Shown here: positions 47,830 to 57,100 of the stretch, one piece after another
Layout of the letters: every line of letters starts with the position of its first letter
Numbering within the stretch: the stretch's first letter is position 1
NCBI GenBank assembly: GCA_020057885.1
Contig: JAGVEX010000019.1
Coordinates: 84,045-148,044, forward strand
Source: a bacterium
GTDB taxonomy: Bacteria > Patescibacteriota > Patescibacteriia > Veblenbacterales > UBA10138
Length of the DNA: 64,000 nucleotides
Direction of reading: 5' to 3'
Position numbers and translations under genes: made by a program
The notes under the pieces: generated by a model
Database searches by the model: none
Told to the model about the DNA's origin: nothing
What the model saw: only the letters and a program-made list of their open reading frames with translations

Positions 47830-50046
47830 CTAAAATCTTATCTTCTGATTAAAATCTATTATGGCGTTGAATTCGGCTTCGGAAAGTGTTTGTTCGCCTT
47901 GTGTTTGCAAACTAGCCACTATTTCAACAATTGATTTTTCTTGTTCAATGCTAGCTCGGCCTAGTTTTAAATAGAGTTGGTACACAGGCGAAGCTTGCCA
48001 AGAACGCACTGCTTCCACCCGCCGCGATACTGAAGTTTCGCCAATCAAATCTATTTTGGCTCGAACTTTATTCAAAGCCTCCACGGGCGATGAATCAAGC
48101 CTCCTAAAATCAACTAGGTTCAAACTTTTTAACTCTTCCAGTGGACCTAAGGTTCGTGGTGGCGCTTTAATATCTGTTAATTGTGGCCTAATGTTGTTAG
48201 TTGCTCCTAATTCTTGTCCACTTGTTCCTAATTTGGGTGGTGATGGGGGCTGTGCCCCGTGATCAACTACAGTTGATTTTACGGGGGGTGGGGGGGCGGC
48301 TTTGGAAATTTCTTTTAACAATTCCTCCCGCCAATTTTTAAATTTATCCTCACTAAGCGGCTTGTCTTCAATTTTAGTTGCTTGGGCAGCTACCCTAATA
48401 TCTGAACTCTGAATTTCTTTAGGATTTAGCCTGCCTGCGACTCGATTGAGCTCGCCGAAATCCGGTAGGTAGGGATTTTCGGATTTAGGATTTAATTCAC
48501 CAATCTTATCACTCTTGGGTAAAACCACTTGGGGGCCAGTGACCGGTGATGGAGGGCTAACAACTATTGGCTTATCTTCCCCCATTAATTTATCCAACTC
48601 GCTTTGCATTTTTTCCTGTTCTGTTTGTGGCTTACTATTTACCACTGGTGCAGGTTCTTGCTTCGTGATTCTTACTTCGTGATTCTTACTTCGTGATTCA
48701 AACTCACTTTTAGCATCTTCAATAATTTTTATAACTTGTTCTGTTTTATCAACCGGCAAACCTAAACCGCCCGAAGTTACTGGTTTTAATAATGTTTCGC
48801 GCACTTCCACCACATTGCGCACATCTTTTAAGTGTGATACAAACAAATTTATAAACCTGCGCTTGCCAACTTCGTCCTTAAAACTAAAATTATGTTTTTT
48901 AATTGTTTCATCGGCGAGCACTCTTAATTTTTCTTCTAATGTATTCATGATTCGTAATTCAGTATTCGGTATTCTTAATTTATCAACTTCTTTCTCATCT
49001 TCCAAGTTAAAAAAGAATGCCGGTTCAGTAGTTTTTAAGGCTTGAGGAACAAGTTGATTTGTTATTGGTGATACTAATTCTTCTGTCTGTACTCGTGCTT
49101 TGTAATCAGATGCAGTTAATTTTGTGGAGACTGGTCCTGAAGCAGACATTTTAACCACTGCTGGCGCTAACCGAACTGAAATTGGTAGCTCTGCCACCTC
49201 AGTTGCTATTGGTACAGGGACTATTCCAAATGATTGCTGGATAGTTATCGTATTATTTTTCTGTAAATCAATTTTACTTGCCTCTTTATTATTTAAAATA
49301 CTGTTTACTTTAGCGAAAATATCCTTAATACTATTTTCATTATATTCCTCAAACCAACCACCTTTCACCCAACCAGATTTAGCCCCGTCTATCGGAATAC
49401 TTTCCTCTAACCCCTCTAATTCAGTTGATAACAAATGGCAATGTTCATAAACATTTATCAAGTCTCTAAATTTGTCACGCGAGGCAGGTGACAACACCCT
49501 TAATAATTGCGATGAGGAAAAATACTGTTCTTGTTGATATTTATCACTTCTTTTATTGGCCGTAAATACTAAAAAATCTTTTAAAAAGCCGCCAACGGTT
49601 AGGTTGTTTTCTTTCCAATCTGGTAATCTTATTTTTTCTTGATTATTTAACAAAACGTCTATGATTTGTTTTTTTAATTTATTTCTATCTTCATAAACTA
49701 ATATACTTAATAAAGCGCTTTTAAATTTATTATTCAGTTTAAAATCTTCTATCTGCCACGCATCATTAATATGATAATGAAATTGTTCAACAATCTCACT
49801 TTCGTTTAACAATGATAATCCTACCCACTTGCAATGAGCGATGATCTTTTGATAATTACTATATAATTGACCAAACTTCGAATCAATTTTACTCTCTTTT
49901 AAACCAAACTCTAAAGATCTCGCTAATTTATAAGCAGACTCATAATCATCATACTTTTCTATATCACTCAAGCTAGTCAACATCTCCTGATAAACTACAA
50001 GCGATGTTAATGGATATTGTTCAATTAATTGTTTTATACTTGCCAT
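47830..50046 (-). CDS. Large hypothetical protein of the T4SS-like operon
   Basis: About 740 aa; Pro-rich linker; GPLEEL...DFRRL and WQASPVYQLY near the C-terminus. Confidence 0.65.
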   Translation of the reverse strand: MASIKQLIEQYPLTSLVVYQEMLTSLSDIEKYDDYESAYKLARSLEFGLKESKIDSKFGQLYSNYQKIIAHCKWVGLSLLNESEIVEQFHYHINDAWQIEDFKLNNKFKSALLSILVYEDRNKLKKQIIDVLLNNQEKIRLPDWKENNLTVGGFLKDFLVFTANKRSDKYQQEQYFSSSQLLRVLSPASRDKFRDLINVYEHCHLLSTELEGLEESIPIDGAKSGWVKGGWFEEYNENSIKDIFAKVNSILNNKEASKIDLQKNNTITIQQSFGIVPVPIATEVAELPISVRLAPAVVKMSASGPVSTKLTASDYKARVQTEELVSPITNQLVPQALKTTEPAFFFNLEDEKEVDKLRIPNTELRIMNTLEEKLRVLADETIKKHNFSFKDEVGKRRFINLFVSHLKDVRNVVEVRETLLKPVTSGGLGLPVDKTEQVIKIIEDAKSEFESRSKNHEVRITKQEPAPVVNSKPQTEQEKMQSELDKLMGEDKPIVVSPPSPVTGPQVVLPKSDKIGELNPKSENPYLPDFGELNRVAGRLNPKEIQSSDIRVAAQATKIEDKPLSEDKFKNWREELLKEISKAAPPPPVKSTVVDHGAQPPSPPKLGTSGQELGATNNIRPQLTDIKAPPRTLGPLEELKSLNLVDFRRLDSSPVEALNKVRAKIDLIGETSVSRRVEAVRSWQASPVYQLYLKLGRASIEQEKSIVEIVASLQTQGEQTLSEAEFNAIIDFNQKIRF

Positions 50047-50052
50047 AGACAA

Positions 50053-53000
50053 TTACAAAGTTTTGGTTTTAACTTTAGCTTTATCTAAAACCTCGTCTGC
50101 ATTCATATAAGCCTCTTTAGCTGGAACACCTCCTTTTTTAGATGGTATAGAATTTATCTTTGCTAACAACGCTGGCATAAAACCACTTTCTTCTATTATC
50201 TTGCCCTCTTTGTCCTTTTTGCCATTCCAATCTTCTCTCATTCTATCTGCAGTTCGTTTCCTTTTTTCATATTCTTCTGGATCGGTCGCTTTGTATTTTT
50301 CTGCCCCCTCTTGAATACTTTGTGCCTCAAGTTCAATTTTTATACCAATTTGTTTTAGTACTTTCATGTTATCTTCGCTGTTCATATTTTCTAACATGTT
50401 GCCATTAGCCTCCCTCATATGTGTTTTAAGTTCGGAATAATGTTCCAGTATATAAGCAACGCCCATTTCGTTTAAAACCGCCTTACGGCCCTTGCTAAGA
50501 TCATTTGGATCTATTGGTTCTTCGTCCATCCAGGCACCACGATTAGATTGACGCCACACGGTCCTCATATCCCGTTTACCGATTTCAACATAACAACGCT
50601 GTTTTTGTGTCTCACGATCACGTTGTTTAAATAAACCATTATCCATTGATACGGCTTGACCAAATGTCCACCAACCCTTATCCTCTGCCACATTACTTAA
50701 ATCATTTTCTAGAGACAAATAAGATTGTTCTTTCATATGAAACTTGTGTCCCATAACCTCATTCATAAATTTATGTAAGCCATCAATGTTGGTTTTATAA
50801 CCTTGATCTTCTAAAATTTCATTTAAATGACCTACTTCGGTAGCTCTAGCCATAATAGCCTGTCCTAAAGCAGAATCACCCCTGTTAAGGGCATCGCGAA
50901 ATCTTGATTTTAATTCATCTTCATTAGTCGTGGTTATTTTCTTCTTTTCTTCATTTACATGCGCACGACCTGCCGCAGTAGCATAATAATTTTGTAATCG
51001 ATAACACCCCTCTCTTTCAATTTTCTTACCAACCTCTTCTGCTTGTCTACGCTTGTCTTTGCGCTCAGATAATGTAAGCTCTGGTGTTTCTAAACGATAC
51101 TGCAAGTTAGCACTTTCGTTGTTAAGTTCTAAAATTTTATTTTCTTTATCTTTCTTTTCATTGTTAGTAAGTTTGCTAAAGTCACTCATATCTTTTTTTC
51201 TTTTTTCCATTTCTTTAAGATTTTCCTTGGCTGTTGTTGTATCCTCTCCACGAGCTTCTTTGGCTGTTATATCTTTTTTTTCTTTATCAATTTCTATTTG
51301 AATCTCAGCTATAATTTTTCCACGTTGCTCTTTTTGGGCATTAGTAAGAGTATCTTTCCCTAATTCCTCAACCTCTCTTTTAATTACCTCTTGTCTTTTC
51401 TTTAACAATCCACTTCCTTCGTCGTTTAATATTTTCCTTTCTTCAGCAGTAAATTTATTTCTCATAACATCATCCATAATATCCTCTTCTTTTTCTCCGG
51501 CTGCTTTTCGTGTTACAATTTCGCTTTTTTGATCAATAACTTTTTTCTGCAAATCACTGTTTGCTAATACGCCTCCATTTAAAACATGTTTTATGGCTGT
51601 TTCTGACTTGCTTTCAGCTGAGGATTCTTTGTTTAATTTCTCTTGCCGACTCTGTAATCCTTCAGTCTTTTTGGCATTACTAAATATACCTCTAATTGTT
51701 TTGAGATATAAAAATCCTTGTAAATTATCTCCTATATCTTCCGAGCCTAAAGAAGCTGCTAGTCCTCGTACACCACCTTGGGCTATATTAGCCGCGGCGG
51801 CTTCATGAAGCTCGCCTTCTTCTTTGTGTTTTTTTGTTGCAAAACCTTCTTTTACATTTTTCCAAGCTTTAACAGGGTTTAATTCATACCCTTTAAGCCA
51901 CTTGAAGCCTGGCACTTTACCTGCCCCAGCTTTTCTAGCTGCCCAAGAATAAGTACTAAAGGGCGCCAAAGCGCTCTTTTTAGCCATCCATGATCCTCCT
52001 TTTTGAATCGCGCTCATCGCACTCCCGGCCAATTTTCCCCCCGCCACGCCGAGTTGCTGTGTCATCCATAAACCGCCCAAAAGCAACATAATGCTAACAA
52101 TAAAAGAAAGCAAAACTTCTGATTGACCAATACTAGTAATAGTCGCGGCGGGAAGTCCTGAAGTTCCTGTGCTAACTCCCGTAAGAGTGCTAGCTGTAGA
52201 TCCGCCCGACATCTGCATTACTGCCAAACTTAACCACAAAAAGAAAGCGAGAATAGGCCCGCTGGAAGCATATTTGCCAAAATAATCCCACCACTGCGAA
52301 GCATACTTTTTAGCATCTCCCGGAAAAGCCTGCAAAATATAAGCCGCGGGAGAAATAATTACCAAAAGCCACAGCATTACAATTCTAAGCGTAAACACCA
52401 CAATATAAACTCCAACTACAATAGTGGCAATGGTAATGGTAATAAGTGCCAAAGCCGCCGCAAAAAAGAAATCTGAACCCGTTGTAGTTACAGTTTGATT
52501 CGAACCTTTTTCCGCGAACTGAAACATATCCTTAATATGGAAACCATTTATAAAGTTGCCCGTAGCCGCATCCTTAAACCCGTTTACAAAAGTAAGCATT
52601 ACCACCTGCGCAAAATCAATAAAGAATCCGGCAATACCTTTGGAAAAATTAACCAGTACTGCCATAATAAGCAATTTGGAAAGTAGGTGTTTGTATTGAT
52701 ATTCCTCCACGCGGAATACTGTACCAAAAGAAATAGCCAACAATATTACAATAAAAAACATGTTTACCACATCCCTCATTACCACCCAACCTTTTACTAC
52801 TGCTGGCGCATCAATAAAACCGTTGTATTGCACAATTTCCACTAAAATACCTATCAAAGCATTGGCGATTGCTCCCACCCCTTGGGCTAAAAGTAACAAA
52901 AGTCCAGCTAAAAGGTTAATTACAGCATCAGAAACTATATTGGCATGCGCTGGTATTGGTAAAAGCAAGGCCAAAACAAAAATACCTAAAATACCCGCGG

Positions 53001-53061
53001 CCGTGGCGCGTGAATATTTAAGTTTGGATGAAAATATTTGTCTTAATTTACCACTAACCAT
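50053..53061 (-). CDS. VirB6/TrbL-like polytopic membrane protein with long charged coiled-coil C-terminus
   Basis: GWVVMRDVVNMFFI, LLIMAVLVNFS, RIVMLWLLVIISP, SQWW; K/E-rich tail. Confidence 0.7.
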   Translation of the reverse strand: MVSGKLRQIFSSKLKYSRATAAGILGIFVLALLLPIPAHANIVSDAVINLLAGLLLLLAQGVGAIANALIGILVEIVQYNGFIDAPAVVKGWVVMRDVVNMFFIVILLAISFGTVFRVEEYQYKHLLSKLLIMAVLVNFSKGIAGFFIDFAQVVMLTFVNGFKDAATGNFINGFHIKDMFQFAEKGSNQTVTTTGSDFFFAAALALITITIATIVVGVYIVVFTLRIVMLWLLVIISPAAYILQAFPGDAKKYASQWWDYFGKYASSGPILAFFLWLSLAVMQMSGGSTASTLTGVSTGTSGLPAATITSIGQSEVLLSFIVSIMLLLGGLWMTQQLGVAGGKLAGSAMSAIQKGGSWMAKKSALAPFSTYSWAARKAGAGKVPGFKWLKGYELNPVKAWKNVKEGFATKKHKEEGELHEAAAANIAQGGVRGLAASLGSEDIGDNLQGFLYLKTIRGIFSNAKKTEGLQSRQEKLNKESSAESKSETAIKHVLNGGVLANSDLQKKVIDQKSEIVTRKAAGEKEEDIMDDVMRNKFTAEERKILNDEGSGLLKKRQEVIKREVEELGKDTLTNAQKEQRGKIIAEIQIEIDKEKKDITAKEARGEDTTTAKENLKEMEKRKKDMSDFSKLTNNEKKDKENKILELNNESANLQYRLETPELTLSERKDKRRQAEEVGKKIEREGCYRLQNYYATAAGRAHVNEEKKKITTTNEDELKSRFRDALNRGDSALGQAIMARATEVGHLNEILEDQGYKTNIDGLHKFMNEVMGHKFHMKEQSYLSLENDLSNVAEDKGWWTFGQAVSMDNGLFKQRDRETQKQRCYVEIGKRDMRTVWRQSNRGAWMDEEPIDPNDLSKGRKAVLNEMGVAYILEHYSELKTHMREANGNMLENMNSEDNMKVLKQIGIKIELEAQSIQEGAEKYKATDPEEYEKRKRTADRMREDWNGKKDKEGKIIEESGFMPALLAKINSIPSKKGGVPAKEAYMNADEVLDKAKVKTKTL

Positions 53062-53285
53062 GGTAAAAATTAGTTTAAATAATATAAAATCAATAACTAA
53101 TACTATCTTATGTTATCTTACCACTAAATTAGGCAAATTAGTACTGTATTAGTACATTTATTATAACACAATTTTTAATTTCCAGCAACAATAATATAAT
53201 AACCCAATACTTACTTAAATTTTATTGGTCTTCACACCCTGCCTACTAATAAATAGAAAACGAAGCAGATAAAATATAACATCTT

Positions 53286-53325
53286 TCAATATGCCAAAAA
53301 GTGTCCGGCCGGACACTTTTTGGCA
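53286..53325. repeat. 40-bp direct repeat containing a 34-bp perfect palindrome, left of PaaX-like gene 2
   Basis: TCAATATGCCAAAAAGTGTCCGGCCGGACACTTTTTGGCA. Confidence 0.9.
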
Positions 53326-53387
53326 CAATAGAGAAAGTGGTGCTAAAATATAATTATCAAAACTATTAAATATAACTCACTATTACT

Positions 53388-53939
53388 ATGACCAAAATTC
53401 CACCCCTCACTAAACTTCTACTTTATTGCCTGTTAAAAAGCGGGCAATCAATAATTGACTATGCCGTATTTATGCACGACCTTAGGCAATGGCGAGGATT
53501 ATATTCAATGGGTGGTAGTGCTCGTGTTAGTGAAATTAAAAAATTACAAAATATATCAAGCGCAAAAATCTGCCTGCGTAAGCTTAAAGAGGGTAAATTT
53601 ATCAAAGCGCGCAAAATTGGCAAAAAACTTATTATAGAACTTACAGACAAGGGGGTGGCTGCGACCTTAAGTGAACAATTGCGACAAGAAACTTTACTAC
53701 CGAGTGGCACTTACACGCTGGTGATTTTTGATATTCCAGAAACAGAGCGGGAGGCGCGGCGACATTTCCGCTGGCTACTGCGGCAAGGGGAATTTATTAA
53801 ACTGCAACAAAGTGTTTGGATAAGCAAGCATAATGTGCAAAATACAATTACCCAATTTGTAAAAAAATTAAAACTGGAAAAATGGGTTAATGTTGGTTTG
53901 GTAAGCAATTTGTTTACTGTGGCAAAAAATAATTTATAA
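53388..53939 (+). CDS. PaaX-like protein 2 (wHTH + Cas2/VapD-like domain)
   Basis: LRKLKEGKFI..IELTDKG; LVIFDIPETEREARRHFRWLL...FIKLQQSVW. Confidence 0.8.
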   Translation: MTKIPPLTKLLLYCLLKSGQSIIDYAVFMHDLRQWRGLYSMGGSARVSEIKKLQNISSAKICLRKLKEGKFIKARKIGKKLIIELTDKGVAATLSEQLRQETLLPSGTYTLVIFDIPETEREARRHFRWLLRQGEFIKLQQSVWISKHNVQNTITQFVKKLKLEKWVNVGLVSNLFTVAKNNL

Positions 53940-53973
53940 GGTCAATAAAATATCTACAACATACCTAAAATTA

Positions 53974-54016
53974 TCAATATGCCAAAAAGTGTCCGGCCGG
54001 ACACTTTTTGGCATAT
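53974..54016. repeat. Identical copy of the 40-bp repeat, right of PaaX-like gene 2; forms a 40-bp perfect palindrome (53977-54016)
   Basis: 53974-54013 identical to 53286-53325. Confidence 0.9.
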
Positions 54017-54100
54017 GATGATATTTACAGTATTTAATAATATTAATGACATTAATAATATTTAAACTAATTAATTATTTTCTCTCATCATCCCTAAACA

Positions 54101-54129
54101 AAACTACCCTTGTTTAACAAGGGTAGTTT
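54101..54129. terminator. Hairpin between convergent genes
   Basis: aaactacccttgtt-t-aacaagggtagttt. Confidence 0.6.
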
Positions 54130-54170
54130 GCATTGCATCTTCCAATAATTGTATTGCTCTTTTGTATTGA

Positions 54171-57100
54171 TTATGGCTTAACTTTAATTATGCCATTAAA
54201 TTTAAGCCAACCACTGGCGGAAAGATTACTGCTGTTGCTGATACAGTCAGGAGTGCCCCACTTAGCACCGGTGGAACCCAAGCACCAATCCCAATTATCT
54301 TTTACCAAAACTGCTGGAGTAAATTCACAAGCGCCCTGATTAGCTCCTAAAGAATTTGGATTATAACTCAAACTTGAACTACTGCAAGTATAAACTTTAG
54401 TAAAACCAAAGTAACCAAGGCTGCCACTAGCTGTATCTTGCACACAAGCTTGTGAGGAATCACCAAAGTTATAGCGCGGATTAGCTACATCACCTTCTTT
54501 GCAAGCATTCAGTATACTACTGCACTGCGTGTCATTCGCGCAAAGTTTACCTAGATCGGCTAAGTTAGTGCACATTTTAGCTTTAACTGTTGCTGGTTCA
54601 CACATGTGCTTATGGTTCTTATATTTACCACTAGCGCCAGCTAAAACTGAACCATCACCCCAATTAACCCAAACATCGGTTAAGGGCATTTGCTCGCCAT
54701 TGGGATTATAAGCGTAGAATAAAGTGCTAATAGGAGCAGGCGAAGCCAGCACCACCTCGCCGTTATTAAAACTGCCGCCTGGAGTTTGCAAAGTAAAACC
54801 AGTATTACCCTCAATAGTGGATGTGCCGTTTAATTCAAACACTACTTGTTTAATTGAAGGGGCTAAGGGCACATTATAATAACATGGCGGATTGGTAGAG
54901 GGAGAACATAAAGAACCGGGCAGTCCGCTACTTGAATCAATATCTGGGAGCGCAGGGGAGGTAAAACGGGAAGTTGAAGTATTCCATGTTAAAACATCAA
55001 AAATTTTAGCAAATAATTGCTGCACTCTTACTATACCACTTGTACCCCAACCCAACCCTTGATAACCAGTGCAAGTGTCTCCACTATTGCAATCGTTATC
55101 AACCTGACACAGTTGAGTAGTTCTTACACCGCTTACACCGCCGACTTCGCAAACTTTGTTAAAATACCCCATACAAACAGGGGCGGACGAATCACCGCAA
55201 TCAGCCGACTTATTACATTGTTTCCCTATGGTCAATATACCGTTACTTTGGCCAGAAAGACAAATTCCATACCCTGTGCCACAACCATTTTCGCAGAAAA
55301 AGGATTGTGGGAAAGTTGAAAAATCACCACTGCTACTTGTAATATTAACACCGGGCTTATCGCTCATTATTAACATACTAGTGCCAGAGTCTACTGCTTG
55401 GCTAAGCTTGCCATAAGGACTGGGGTTACGGCTTTGGGTAAAGCCCAGCTCTGTTTTTGGCGCTACTTGATAAACAGTATTTCTGAGCACACGATCAGTC
55501 CAAACTTTATTGCTAGCGCTACTTGCCACTTGAACAGCTTCAGTGCAATATTCTCTTAAATAAGTTTCTCTACCATTTATCACAAAACTACCTGTACCAG
55601 GACTACCGTCAGAATATATCACATTATAACCTAAAAATTTATCATTACTATCAAACACAGCTTTAATAACAGCGTAATCAAAATTTGTGAGAGAATGTAT
55701 ATTCATAGCGACATCAAGATTATGTTGTGTACCATCTATCAAAGTATTAGGCGGTAGAATATTATTAGACGTTAATTTAGCACAACGGTCAGCAAGCTCA
55801 GTAAAATTAAAATCACATTGTTGGTTCATATCACATTTTACACCAGCACACCAATCATTACCTTTATTTAAATAGAATCTCCCATACTCCTCCTGTGAAT
55901 TAGTTGTAAGGGTGAAATTAGGGTTAATACCCCAGCCGCCAAAAAGTTGAAACGGCAGATAAATTGTTTCTATATCAGCTTTATAAAAATTTTCTTCACC
56001 AACCTCGGCTACACGTGAAAAAATAACTATATCCTCACCAGCGGCTTCTATTCTTTTATCTTTGTTATTACAAAAATAATTGGAACCGAGCTCGGAATTT
56101 TGTAGTGTAAAATCATTTGTGCAATATCTTACATCTTGAAACTCATAACAGCGCCAGTCGGCAGTATAATCAATATAAGCTACATTACAATTAGCGAGAG
56201 CTCCATTCGCGGCGTGATACGTATAATTCTCCCCCCGTGAGCCAACTTTGTTACCAATAGATTCACTGCAATAAAAAATCTCGCCGCCAGTATAGCCAGC
56301 CTCCGGAGCATAATTATAAACAGAAATTTCACCAGCCGCTGTATCGAGCGGCAGCCAAGTAAGACAGGCTTTGGCAGTACCGCTGTTAATAGAACGAGAG
56401 GTATCCTGCTCCAAACAATAACCTTTCATACCAATAAAACTGTTGTCAGTTTTAATTTTTGATTTAACCTCAACCGGTTGGTTAGTATTTGCATCAATAT
56501 CATTCTGAGTATAGAACATGGACTGCAGTTTGGTGGTATCAAAACCGTAATACAGTGTTTGCCCGCCGCTATAAATGGCCTTGCTGTAAGAGCACTCACA
56601 ATCTTCTCCGTTTTGGCAATTGTTCGCGTCTTTATAATCAGCGTCTTTATTTTTAGCTACGGCAATATAATTAGCAGTGCCCACAGGCAAACAGTTGCTA
56701 CCCTCGCAAGCTGGGGTCCAGTTTTTTACTACAACTGTGGGGAAAGGTGAATCCTTTTCTGGATAAGCACGACAAGCTTTAATAACAGTATTATTGTCAC
56801 TTAACAATTTTTTATCATCAAGTGGGCCTAAGCCAGTGGCACCCTTATCCTCATATTGACAAGTAGTAACAGTGTTACAAGGAGAAGCGCTACTGCCAAT
56901 TGGTAAATTACACTCATCGCCCGTGCCGCCACACCTTTTAACTTTATTATTTATATAAGTCAAACGGATATTGGTGGTAAGTGGATCAGTAGAATAATTT
57001 TTTTGCGTTAAAAGCTCAATAGAATATTTATCAGGAATAGAATAACCAGAATAATCCATACCGCTCCAATCGGTTGCGCGCGCTTGATAATTAGTTAAAG

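Noticed and set aside
40590-53939. CRISPR-Cas system suggested by the Cas2-like domains
   Set aside because: No repeat-spacer array and no cas1 or effector genes; the palindromes occur only as pairs or solos
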